The position numbers were made by a program, and so were the translations under genes. Positions 1 through 11,739 of a stretch of 64,000 nucleotides of DNA are shown piece after piece (the stretch's first letter is position 1; every line of letters begins with the position of its first letter). Under the pieces are notes generated by a model. The model had not been told where the DNA came from. It saw only the letters and a list, made by a program, of their open reading frames with translations, and ran no database searches. Source of the DNA: the human T2T-CHM13v2.0 reference genome, Homo sapiens; NCBI RefSeq assembly GCF_009914755.1, contig NC_060926.1, one strand, 5' to 3'.

Positions 1-399
1 AATCTCCATCTTCTGCCAAGACACTGCCCATGTAGATGAAAAAGTGTTTTGCATCCAAACATATCTTAAGCACTGATTTGCACCTCAATACTTCACACAG
101 ATGCCTTTGCCCAGGGCGTGTCGGCCTGGCTCAACAGCAGGGGAAGTGGAGCCAATTACATCAGTGTCAGTGGACTGAGAAATACTCCAGGGAGTAGTTC
201 TCATGCACGACTACCCATGGCCAGACCAAGGTAGTGCAGCCTATGCACAAACCTCCTCCTGCTTTTCCAGAGGACTGGATTTCTGGGAAATGGCTACCGA
301 ACAGGCTGCCAGGATCCATATATCCAGATTCAGAGAGATACATCTCTGGATTCAAATGCACTTTTTCTTTGTGCATAATTTTAGCAGTCATTGTTACTA

Positions 400-808
400 T
401 GCCTTGGGGATTCTAGACATTATACTTCAGCTGACTCTCTATGGCCCTTTCTCCCCTTCACTGCTCTATCTGAACCTGGGGAGGCAGCTCAGGCTGCAAA
501 TGAGGCAGACCTCATGGCCTGGAATTAGCATCCCCTAGGACGGTTGTCAATCAGTGATGACAAGGGAGGTGTACACATCCCCCAGCTCCCTCACCTCTCA
601 GGTGGAATAACAGAGACATTTTTCCTGTGTTTCTATGTGGGCTTGAGCTCTCGTCATCCTCAGAGGTGGCTCCTTCTGAGGCACTTTTCACTTTCCCTTT
701 CCCTCCTCCCCTCCCTTGCTCACTTGCTTGTTTCCCGCACTTTGTAAATATACTGCCTGCATGCGAATCTTTGGCATCCTTCTCACTGAGGGGACCCAAC
801 CTAATGCA
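400..808 (+). mobile_element. Old ERVL LTR remnant (LTR16-like)
   Basis: 3' part reads ...ctcccttgctcacttg...gtaaatatactgcctgcatgcgaatctttgg...ggggacccaacctaatgca, resembling the LTR16-family terminus (aataaactacttgcactcgaatcc...gggaacccaaactaagaca); left edge uncertain. Confidence 0.45.
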
Positions 809-1176
809 TTGGAAAAATCCTCATTCTTGGAGGGCATCGTTGGTTTGAATTATTGCCACTTCTCATGTTTTAATGCCTAGGGAAATTCCAAAAATTTAGG
901 AAATCTTTAAATTCCCTTTGCCAATCTTTCTTAGATTTGATTTTAGCAGAGATTCATTTTCTCTAGGTCACAAAATCACAGAAGCCTTCCACAAATGGCT
1001 ACACAACATAGAGTCCACATAGAGCAGAGGCTCAGAATCTCCCAGGATTTGACATCCACACATCAGACAGTCCTCGAGTCTCAGGTTTTTTCTAGGTCGA
1101 TCGCCTCATAAATCTGCCTTGTGATATTTTTATTCTACCTTAGGGGAAGGCCATTGTGTGGATGATGAGAGTTGTT

Positions 1177-1637
1177 TGTGGAATGAATAATACACCCACT
1201 AAAGACATCATTGTCCTAATATCTGGAATCTATGATCATTACTTATGAACAAGTCAAAAATAACTTGGCAGACGTGGTTGAGAATTTTGAGGTCAGGAGA
1301 GTATCCTGAATTATCTGGGTGAGACCATCATAATCACAAGGGTCCTTACAATAGGGAGGGAGGAAGGTAACAGCCAGAGAGGACCTGGGACAACGGACAG
1401 GGAAACTGGAGTGATGGAGGAAGGGGCCATGCTGCTAGGAATGTGGGAACATCAGAAAGATGGAATGCTCGACATTGGATTCTCTCTCTTGAAGCCTAGA
1501 ATGAATAGAGCCCTATTACTCCTTGATTTTACTTCATTGAGACTTCTGACCTCCAGAAATGTAAGATAATACACTTGTGTTATGTGGAGTAGTAAAGTTG
1601 TGGTAATTTGTTACAGCAGCAACAGGAAACCAATGCA
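1177..1637 (+). mobile_element. MaLR solo LTR (MLT1D-like)
   Basis: Starts tgtggaatgaataat, internal ggagagtatcctgaattatctgggtg...taatcacaagggtcctta, ends with the MLT1 terminus gtggtaatttgttacagcagcaacaggaaaccaatgca. Confidence 0.8.
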
Positions 1638-1939
1638 AGGGGAAGGGGTGTGTTTTACTTCCCTAGTGTATCACTGTCCTCTGTTCTCCCAAATAGTTCT
1701 GTGTTTTTGTGTTTGCTGTCAATTTCAACAAGAGACAGAAAACATTTTTCTATGAGGAGAGCTAGTACCACAATTCTTCTTACGTAGAAAGTGTCTTGAG
1801 TAATTCTCTGGGTTAGGTCTTGTACAATCTTGGTATCTGAGAGCCTGGAGGTCATCTCTCACAGCACATGAGAAGAGGAAGGGGATGCGGGTTTGCTGTT
1901 TTAACATTCATAGGGCAAATTGGATGTACAAGACCCATT

Positions 1940-2290
1940 CTTTTTATTATTATTATTATTGTTAAGTTCTAGGTTACATGTGCACAACATGCAGGTTTGT
2001 TACATATGTATACATGTGCCATGTTGGTGCGCTGCACCCATTAACTCGTCATTTACATTAGGTATATCTCCTAATGCTATCCCTCCCCCCTCCCCACACC
2101 CCACAACAGTCCCCGGTGTGTGATATTCCCCTTCCTGTGTCCACGTGTTCTCATTGTTCAATTCCCACCTATGAGTGAGAACATGCAGTGATTGGTTTTT
2201 TGTCCTTGCGATAGTTTGCTGAGAATGATGGTTTCCAGCTTCATCCATGTCCCTACAAAGGACATGAACTCATCCTTTTTTATGGCTGCA
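1940..2290 (-). mobile_element. 5'-truncated L1PA 3' end (~350 bp)
   Basis: (TTA)n tail then ttctaggttacatgtgcacaacatgcaggtttgttacatatgtatacatgtgccatgttggtg...ccctacaaaggacatgaactcatccttttttatggctgca = reverse complement of primate L1 3'UTR and ORF2 end. Confidence 0.95.
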
Positions 2291-2619
2291 AGCGAGGACT
2301 GAGTCAGAGAGATGGGGATGGCAGAGGAGACAAAATGTGGTCAGGGCCGTGTAAGATGTGACCCTGCTGCCATATCTGAAAGAAAGGCTGTTGGTGTTTG
2401 TAAAGGCTTTGGGCAAATTGTGCTTTGTAGACAAAACTGTAGAAGGGTCTGGGTTTAAGCTTAGTGTCAGCGTGATGAGGACTAGAGGTCGCAGTGAGCT
2501 TGTGTTAAGAAATCCACCCTGCACTTCTGGCTTTGTCTCTTTTCCGGTTTTATAGGTGGTGGGTCCCTCTATGGAATGAACGTGGTTCTGTGGAAGGAAC
2601 ATAAGTTAAGGTCAGACAG

Positions 2620-2730
2620 ACCTAGATTCCAAGTTCAGCTTCGACAACTGCTGACCAAGTGACTTTTATGCAAATCAGCCATGTGCTGTCATGAACAGTT
2701 TCCTCATGTGTGAAATGGGGCACTGAGGAT
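2620..2730 (+). mobile_element. MIR fragment
   Basis: acctagattccaagttcagct...gtgactttt...cagtttcctcatgtgtgaaatgggg resembles the MIR core. Confidence 0.55.
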
Positions 2731-3080
2731 GTGAAGGGGTGTCCTGAGGGTTCCGCCAGCTGATGCACCATGAAGTGTACATACATGTATAGACAGACAC
2801 ACACACATACATGAGAAGAGTATCTAGTGCCTCTTTTATGCATTCTTGAGTAACTCAGAATGTTATGTGAGATATTAACAGTCATATGTCATTTTCAACT
2901 AAAATTATCAATATTTATCTTATAACTAACAGATGCTTCTCTGTACACTGTAGGTTTCATGTACATTTTTTCAATCACAAAATGTTTCACCAATCTATTT
3001 ACGTCTAGTATCAGAAAGTTAAGCAAGGAGATTGCAAACCAACACAACACCTTTAGTCTGGATTTTCCCGGAGCCCCATT

Positions 3081-3545
3081 TGTGTTAGTGTCCTCGGGCT
3101 ACTGTAAAAAGTTCTCAAAAATGTGGTAGCTTCACACAACAGGAATGGAATCTCTCATAGTTCAGAAGTCCAGATCAGTTTCACTGGGCTAAGATCTTGG
3201 AGTCATCAGTTCTGGCTCCTTCTGAAGCTCTAGGGAGCAGTCTGATTTAGCTCTTCCAGCTTCTGGTGGCTTCTCTCTCCCGGGATGTGGACACATCACT
3301 GCAATCTCTGTCTCTGTGTTCACACTGCCTTCTCCACTTCAGTCTATGCTAAATCTCTCTCTACCTCTTGTTTTTTTTAGGACACTTGAGTTTGCATTTA
3401 AGTCCCAGTTGATTAATCTAAGACCATCTCCCTGTTTCAAGCTCCTTAATTTACACCTGCAAAAGCTGTTTTCCCAAATGAGATACATGCATAGTCTTCA
3501 TGGAATGAAACCTCACTATTTGGGGATGATACTCAGTACTACACC
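3081..3545 (-). mobile_element. MaLR solo LTR (MLT1-type)
   Basis: tgtgttagtgtcctcgggctactgtaaaaagttctcaaaa...ctccttctgaagctctaggg...ccagcttctggtggc...cttaatttacacctgcaaa matches an antisense MLT1 LTR. Confidence 0.75.
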
Positions 3546-3586
3546 ATTACATAACCAGGTCTCAGTGTTAGTCCTGTACATACATC

Positions 3587-3589
<3 letters not shown>

Positions 3590-3624
<35 letters not shown>
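3590..3624. repeat. (CT)n microsatellite
   Basis: Pure tc dinucleotide run of about 34 bp. Confidence 0.95.
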
Positions 3625-3627
<3 letters not shown>

Positions 3628-3695
3628 GTCCACACACCCTGGCTTCCTCCTTTTCTCAATGTCATAAATCTCTTCAATTCCTTAAGTGTATCCAG

Positions 3696-4551
3696 TGATA
3701 CCTATAAACAAATAAGTATCTGAGAAAAGTCTCAATCAGTTTAGAAATTTATTTGGTCAAAGTTAAAGAAATATCAGTGAAACAGCCTCAGGAGGTCTTG
3801 AGAACGTGTGTCAAAGGTCGTCGGGCTACAGGTTGGTTTTACACGTTTTAGGGAGACATAAGATATCAATCAATACGTGTAAGTTGTACATTGCTTTGAT
3901 ATGAAAAGGCAGGACAGCCCGAAGGAGGGGGGATGTTGGGGACTTCCAGGTCCTAGGTGGATTCAAAGATTTCATAGGTGGTTGAAAGAGTTGATCTAAT
4001 GACCTGTAATCAACACAAGGGAGTTTCTGGGTTTAGAAAAAGGGTTTTGGAGCCAAGGTTGCATCATGCAGATGGAGCCTCCAGGTAGCAGGCTTCAGAG
4101 AGAATAGATTGTAATTGTTTCTTAGCAGACTTAAAAGGTGCCAAACTCTTAGTTAAATCTCTCTGGGTCAGGAAAGAGACTTAAAAAGGAGTCTCTACAG
4201 AATGTAGATTTTTCCCACAAGAACCAGCTTTGCAGAGGCATTTTTAAATACATTAAATAACAATATCTTGGGGAAAATACTTTGATTTCTCTTAGGACGT
4301 GGTATCTGTCACATTGGTATCTTATTGCTATAAAGAGTTTTCTTTGTCAGTCTCAAGGTCTCTGTCTTCATATTAAAAGCTGGTCAGTTGTGCCTGAATT
4401 TTAAAGGGAAGAGGGTAAGTTAAGGCATATCCAATCATCCGTTCCGATCATGGGCTGCATTGTATTTCAGGTTGATTTTGGTGTGTGCTTGGCTGAGAGG
4501 AGGAGTTCATTCAGTTGGTTAGGGAGCTTAGAGTTTCATTTTTGGTTTACA
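3696..4551 (-). mobile_element. ERV1 MER4-family solo LTR
   Basis: gtctcaatcagtttagaaatttatttgg...acagcctcaggaggtcttgagaac...catgcagatggagcctccaggtagcaggcttcagagagaatagattgta..., ending tttttggtttaca (reverse complement of the MER4 start TGTAAACCAAAAAT). Confidence 0.85.
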
Positions 4552-6160
4552 CACCTATGTCCAGGTAAGAGGGCCCCACACAGGAGGGCTTGCTCAGAAC
4601 CTGGCTTGCAGGGCTGCTTACAGACCTTCTATGTCTCCTGTTGTCATGCACAAGGAAGGACACAGCCAATGACAACCCTCAGCCATCCGAGGAGAAGCTG
4701 TGTCTGCAGAGGACGGTCATGAGCTGTGAGTCTAGAGACCTGTGATTGTCTTCAGGGGCCTGTGGTCCTCGGCTTTCATAGGAGTTGTGGGGGCACTGGC
4801 TCAAATAGCATCCACCAGGATTCTAATCAGAATATCTCATTCACAGAAGGCAGTGGGTGGTATGACAGCACAGAGGGACTCTGTGGGTCCAGCTGCATGG
4901 AGCACTCTGGGAGAGTCACTGGCACCCGTGCTAGACAGAGCTTCATTCAACTTCTGGAGCACACGGATTTAGATCTCTTTACATCATTTTGAAAGACCAC
5001 TTATCATTCTGAAGGAAACCACTGTAATTAACTAAGGTAATATCTTTAATAGGTAGAAAGAAAAAACTGATTATTTTATTGCCAAGATGATTACAAGAAA
5101 AGAAAGAAACAAAAATAGCATGAAGGAAAGAGCAACACTAGACTGAGGGCTTTGGGTAAGAGGTTGAGACTTAGTAGTGAATGCCCTGGGCCATCTTCTG
5201 TCAAAAGGGAGGGACAATCAGCAAAGGGAAATATGCAGTAGAGGCAAAATCTTGGTTAGTAAAAGAATCCTAAGAGAAAACAAGAAGTCTCCTTCCTGAG
5301 CATCATGTTGGTGTCGGGAAGATGCACATAATCCCCCCATTGCATGTCTTAACACTTTTCAGCAATTAGGGCTCAGCACGAATTTAGAAGACACCATTCA
5401 CTTCACAGCAGATGGGGACACAGTCAAGGCAGCGGTGAGAGGCAAGGCTGGGCTTTCAGTCTCAGAGCACAGAGCAGGTTCCCCACTACTCCGCACCCTT
5501 GTGTCTCCTCCCAGATGTTCCAGATGTTCCACCTCATTCTTGCCTTAAGGGCTCCAAGTTGTTAATGGGACAGTAGCCCTCTTCCTTTCCCAGGGTTTCT
5601 AAGAATTTGGCTCTCTTTTGTGTATTGCGGGGTTTGTTTGCCATCTAGAGGCAGGTTTTTGGCATAGCAACTTATAGGCTTTTTCTACTTGTGATAGCGA
5701 AAATAAATACATAAATAAATTCATCATAAATAATAAATTGACTTAATGCATTGAATCTGTAAAAAAAAAATAAGGTCAGTTTGAGAGCTTAAAAGGAGCC
5801 TGATGAGGTTAAAAAGACAAATTACCTTTAGTAAAGAGCAGTTGGAGCAATAGATGATTCTTTCTTTAATCAATGACATTTTAGGAGTAATTATCAAATG
5901 GTAAATAAAACTTGAAATAAGCTGATAAACTATAATTTTATATGAAAAAAATATTTCCAAGAACCATACAAATACATTTTCAGATTAAAACAAACAAAAA
6001 TGTGGGTTTATCATCAGATCCGCTAAATGGAAGATTTCTCAAATGTGTGCTTGGAGCAAAAATAACACTTATCCCTATTTAAAAGTTGAAGATTTTTGAG
6101 CTTTCGAAGAAAACAGCTTTCCCTTCCCTCTGTTCCACTCACACTTCTGACGATGGCCAT

Positions 6161-7232
6161 GGGGCAAAAAGCCGAGACGCGCAAAAAGCTGCGGTGGTGG
6201 GGGGGCAAAAAGCCGCGGCGGCGGAGGCAAAAAGCAGTGGGAGCAAAAAACCATATAACGTCGCGGCGGCGGGGGGCAAATAGCCGCGGCGGCGGGGGCA
6301 AAAAGGTGCAAAAAGCAGTGGTGGCGCGGGCAAAAAGCCAGGGCGGCGGGGGCACAAAGACGCAAAAAGCCACAGTGGCGGGGGGGAGTGGGGGGGCAAA
6401 AAGCCACAGTGGCGGGGGGGGGGGGCAAAAAGCCACAGTGGCGGGGGGGGGGGGGCAAAAAGCCACAGTGGCGGGGGGGGGGGGCAAAAAGCCGCAGCCG
6501 GCAACAAGCCGCGGCGGCGGGGGGAAAAAGCCGCGGCAACAAAAAACCACGGCGGCGGCGGGGATGCAAAAAGCTGCGGAGGCAAAAAGCCGCGGCGGCA
6601 GGGGGGCAAAAAGCCGCGGCGACGGGGATGCAAAAAGCCGCGACGGGCAAATAACCGCGGCACCGGGGGGGGGCAAATAACCGCGGCACCGGGAGGGCAA
6701 AAAGCCGCGGCGGCGGGGGTGAAAAAGCCGTGGCGGTGGGGGGGGGGGGCAAAAAGCCGGGTCGAGCAAAAAGCCGGCAGCAGGGGGCAAAAAGCCGCGG
6801 CGACGGGGGTGCAAAAAGCCGCGACGGGCAAATAACCGCGGCACCGGGGCGGCAAAAAGCCACGGCGGCGGGGGTGAAAAAGTCGCGGCGGCGGGGGAGC
6901 AAAAAGCCGGGTCGGGGAAAAAGCCGCGGCGGCGTAGGATAAAAAGCCTCGGCTGGCAAAAAGCCGCGGCGACAAAAAGCCGCGGCGGTGGGCGGAAAGA
7001 GCCGCGGCGGGCAAAAAGCCACGGCGGCGGGGATGCAAAAAGCAGCGGCGGCGGGGATGCAAAAAGCAGCGGCGGCGGGGGGTCAAAAAGCCGGGTCGGG
7101 CAAAAAGCCGCGGAGGCAAAAAGCCGCGGAGGCAGGGGGCAAAAAGCCGCGGCGGGCAGAAAGCCGTGGCGGCGGCGGCGGCGGGGAGCAAAACGCCGCG
7201 GCGGCGGCGGCGGCGGCGGGGAGCAAAACGCC

Positions 7233-7263
<31 letters not shown>

Positions 7264-9344
7264 GGAGCAAAACGCCGCGGCGGCGGCGGCGGGGCAAAAA
7301 GCCGGGGCGGGGAAAAAGCCGCGGCGGAAGAGGGGCAAAAAGCCGCGGCGACGGGGGTGCAAAAAGCCGCGACGGGCAAATAACCGCGGCACCGGGGCGG
7401 GTGGGGGGCAAAAAGCCGCGGCGGTGGGAGGAGCAAAAAGCTGGGTCAAGCAAAAAGCCGCGGCGGCAGGGGGCAAAAAGCCGCGGTGGCGGGGGGGGCA
7501 AAAAGCCGCGGCGGCGGGGGGGGCAAAAAGCCGCGGCGGCGGGGGGTCAATAAGCCGCGGTGGCTGGGGGGCAAAAAGCCGGGGCGGGCAAAAAGCCGCG
7601 GCGGGCAAAAAGCCGCGGCGAGAAAAAGCCATGGCGGCGGGGTGGCAAAAAGCCGCGGCGGCAAAAAGCCACAGCGGCCGGGGGGGCAAAAAGCCGGGTC
7701 GGGCAAAAAGCCGCGGAGGCAAAAAAAGCCGCGGCGGCAGGGGGCAAAAAGCCGCGGCGGGCAGAAAGTCCTGGGGGCGGGGGGCAAAAACCCGCGTCCG
7801 GCAAAAAACCGCGGCGGCAGGGGGCGGGGGGTGGCAAAAAGCCGGGGCGGGCAAAAAGCCGCGTCGGCAGGGGGGAAAAATCCGCGGCGGCGGGGGTGAA
7901 AAAGCCGCGACGGGCAAAAAGCCACGGCGGCGGGGGGGCAAAAAGGTCGGGAAAAAAGTCGCGGAGGCAAAAAAAGCCGCGGCGGCAGAAAGCCGTGGAG
8001 GCGGGGGGCAAAAAGCCGGAGCGGGCAAAAAGCCGCGGCGGAGGGGGTGAAAAAGCCGCGGCGGCGGGGGGCAAAAAGCCGCGACGTCGGGGGGCAAAAA
8101 GCCGGGTCGAGCAAAAAGTCGCGGCAGCAGGGGGCAAAAAGCCGCGACGGGCAAATAACCGCGGCACCGGGGCGGCGGCGGCGGCGGCGGCGGGGGAGCA
8201 AAAAGCCGGGTCCGGCAAAAAGCTGCGGCGGCGTGGGGTAAAAACCCGCAGCGGGCAAAAAGCCGCGGTGGCGGGGGGGCAAAAAGCCGCGGCGGCGGGG
8301 GTTCAAAAAGCCGGGTCTGGCAAAAAGCCGCGGCGGTGGGGGGAAAGAGCCGCGGCCGGCAAAAAGCCGCGGCGGCGGGGGATCAAAAAGCCGGGTCTGG
8401 CAAAAAGCCGCGGTGGGCAGAAAGCCGTGGGGGCGGGGTGCAAAAAGCCGCAGCGCGCAGAAAGCCGCGGCGGCGGGGGACAAAAAGCCGCGGCCGCGTG
8501 GGGGGGCAAAAAACCCGCGGCGGGGGGACAAAAAGCCGCGGCGGCGGGGGTGCAAAAAGCCGCTGCGGGCAAATAAGTGCGGCACCGGCAGGGGGGTTAA
8601 AAAGCCGAGTCGGGCAAAAAGCCGGGTTGGGCAAAAAGCCACGGCGGCGGGGGGGAAAAAGCCGTGGCGGGCAGAAAGGCGCGGCGGCGTGGGGGAAAAA
8701 GCCGCGGCGTTGGGGTCAAAAAGCCGCGGCGGCGGGGGGGGCAAAAAGCCGTGACCGGCAAAAAGCCGTGGCGGCGGGGAACAAAAAGCGGCCGGGGGGG
8801 GGGCAAAAAGCCGCGGCGGCGGGGGGGCAAAAAGCCGGGGGTGGGCAAAAAGCCGGGGCGGGCAAAACCCCGCGGCGGCAGTGGGGCAAAAAGCTGGAGC
8901 GGGTAAAAAGCCGCGGCAACAAAAAGCCGCGGCGGCGGGGGCGCAAAAGCCGCGGTGGACAAAAAGCTGCGGCGGCGGGGTGCAAAAAGCCGCGGTGGGC
9001 ATAAACCCGAGGCGGCGGGGGGGGGGGGGGGGGTGCAAAAAACCGCCGTGGGGAAAAAGCCACGGCGGCGGGGGGCAAAAGCCCGCGGCGGGCAAAAAGC
9101 CGCGGCGGCGGGGGGACATAAAGCCGCGGTGGCGAGGGGGGTCACAACAAAGCCGCGGCGGGCAAAAAGCCGAGGCGGGGTGGGGGGCAAAAAGCCGCGG
9201 CGGCAGTGGGGCAAAAAGCCACGGCGGCGGGGGGTAAAAAGCCGCGGCGGGCAAAAAGTCGCGGCGGCGGGGGACAGAAATCCGTGGCGGGCAAAAAGCT
9301 GAGGCGGGGTGGGGGGGAAAAAGCCGCGGCGGATGGGGGCAAAA
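6161..9344 (+). repeat. GC-rich pericentromeric tandem array (GGGCAAAAAGCCG / CAAAAAGCGGG-type), ~3.2 kb
   Basis: Many imperfect ~17-30 bp units G(n)CAAAAAGCCGCGGCGGC; CpG-dense and almost T-free on +. This motif class is known from human pericentromeric duplication boundaries such as ABCD1/ALD paralogs. Confidence 0.92.
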
Positions 9345-9490
9345 TAGTGGAGATGGGGTAGAAGGACGGCACAGCTTGGTATTGCTGGAGTGTGATGTGA
9401 TAGGAAATGTGCAGCCAAAGACAAAAAAAGATGTAAGCTTGACTCATTGCAGCTAAGAACCCAGATGTTATCTTGAGGGTATTAACTAAT
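9335..9490 (+). repeat. Array-flanking unique segment, copy 1 (paralog of 44398-44560)
   Basis: tagtggagatggggtagaaggacggcacagcttggtattgctggagtgtgatgtg...aagatgtaag...gcagctaagaacccagatgttatcttga recurs after array 2; roughly 88-90% identical by hand alignment. Confidence 0.95.
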
Positions 9491-11739
9491 AAGCAGTTTA
9501 AATCAGAATGGCATATTCTGATTTGTTTTTTGTATGTTCACATTTGGCAGGCATAGATACTGTTTGAAAAGAGGAAAGACAGTAGAGGTAACAAACTTAA
9601 ATATGTGCGAAGTCTAGAAACAAGAGACCAGGGGGATAAGGACCTTTCAAAATAAAATGCAAGATTTGAAAACTGATTGGCTGGGGCATGAGGAAAAGGC
9701 AGGTCTTTAAGGTCAATCCCTGTTTTGCTTTAAGTTGTTAGGGGTTGGTTTTATCACATATTGTAGAACATGTCATTTCAGTTTTGAACATCTTGAGTTA
9801 AATTGTCCTAACATATCTTATGAATTTGATTTTCTTCCCTGGGAAGCTAATATTTCAAAAACTGAAAGAGTATATAGATTTCCAACTTGTATCCAATTTA
9901 TAAAACTATCTCTAGGCTGCTGATTTCAGGAGGAGGCTCATGAATATTCTCTTTTCAGAGAATATATCAGGAGTTAACAACAGCTTCAATATTTGTGGAC
10001 GACCAGTTAACTAAGCCACCTCTTAAGTGTATTTAGATGGGAAATCTTAGCTGAAGATATTCAATAATGAACCAACAGTGACTAAAAAATTCAACATTTA
10101 AGTATATTTCATTGTAATTAATTTGAATTGAAGTAGCAGCTAGTATTTACTACATTGAACAATGCAAATAAGAGGAAAAAATTAATAACTATCTCTAATA
10201 CCACAAGCCAAAATCCTCATCAATTTATTCTAGCTAAAGGAGTTGATCAGAAGCAGCAGTTGAAAGCACCAACTAAACCAGCTGGGGTTGGTTCACTGTC
10301 GTTCTCTCAGAACCATCTCTTCTCTGAACAAAACAAGTACAGGAGTTCATTGTGAATCTGCATTCTCCTTGCCTATTTTAAGGTTTTGATGTTGACACTA
10401 ATTTGTGAAATCCCTCCTGTGGTGTGATATTTCGTTTTCCTTGCTTTCTGTTAGGACAAGAATGCTTCAGCTCTTAATTTAAAATTATGTTTCTCCCTCC
10501 TAGGTTGAGTGAACTTAGAATGCATTCTCTGACATATCCAAGTTTTTGTTAATATGAATTTCAGGAAAAAAGCATACTTAATTAGCTAAGACTTCTTATT
10601 CTAGGCTTGACCCTATGTTCGACATCTTTTGAATTTCTAGTTGCATGGGCTGCTCTCTGACACTGGTTAGTGACCTGGAAGCTGTATTAATGTTAGGGGA
10701 GGTGGTGTATGAGCATTAGAGGTATCCTTGCAAGGAAAGACTTGTCTTATCTCAATACGTCTTTTTTTTTTTTGCACACAAGAAAGTCAATGTTTGAGTC
10801 TTCTAAAATCTTCCTATTTCCAAGTTGCAGAGTACCATTGATTCCTAAACAAAAACCTAATTTTTGACTCAGAGACGTGGCGAGGTAGTGAATCACCATT
10901 ATAATTTAACAATCCTCAAGATAAAATTATCTCTGATATTTAGATTTTGCCCAATTATTAAGATATTTGGGTGTTTTGTTAAGAATGGAAGACTCTTGTC
11001 TCTTGAGCAGAGACTATAAAGGCCTCAGATGATCATTTTTAATTTTATGCTCTTTTCTTTAACACCTTCAACACAGTTGGAAGCAGCCGGTATTCCCCAG
11101 AGTTGTTGTGTTTTTTAAACCAAATGCATGGTTCAGTGGTAGAAAACTGGGCAGATCCAAGCTGTTTTCAGTAAACACTTCATTTCAGGTGACCTATTTC
11201 ATATTAAATAATCTCTAGATCCTGTCTTCGAAACTAACTAGATCAGATAACCTACCCTGGATTTTCTCCTTTTTAGGGTCTGTGAGCTGCAGTCACTCTT
11301 GTGAAAATGATTGCAGTGACAAGATAGAGTTGTAGATGGGGAAAATGTTTTGACTAATTTAAGCATAGTGGTATTTCATATGAGAATTTAAGTTACACAC
11401 ATTTGAAAATTATAATGGAGTCTCTTGGCTGAGCTTTAAAAAAAAATAGCGTTTTGGCTAAAAAGGGAACTGCTACCTCTCCTAAAATCAGAAAGATGTT
11501 ACAGTAATTCTCCATTCTCTAGAATTATCAAGAAGCACCTTTGTGATGATTTACTTTTGCTCTTGGGAGTGTGAGCCCGTGTAGTCGTGGAACCATCAAT
11601 TAGAATGGTGGCTTTCTGATCCCAAAGTCATTCGTTCTGAAAACAATATTTTTTCATAAATTTGAAAGTGAGAAGTTTTGATCTTGCCATTCCCACGTAA
11701 CTCTCTTAATAAGAGGCATCAGCATGCTTCAGTGACAGC

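Noticed and set aside
6161-9344. CRISPR-like repeat/spacer reading of the arrays
   Set aside because: Inter-repeat segments are variants of the same motif rather than unique spacers; no cas genes; primate context.
6161-9344. PRDM9-A 13-mer (CCNCCNTNNCCNC) as the array's core motif
   Set aside because: The typical unit does not match by eye (an A-tract lies where the motif needs G/C); a PWM scan including other alleles was not possible.
6023-9447. Long ORFs (492, 671, 602, 338 aa and others) on both strands
   Set aside because: They overlap in multiple frames over the tandem array, where + lacks T and - lacks A so stop codons are rare; the translations are low-complexity repeats.
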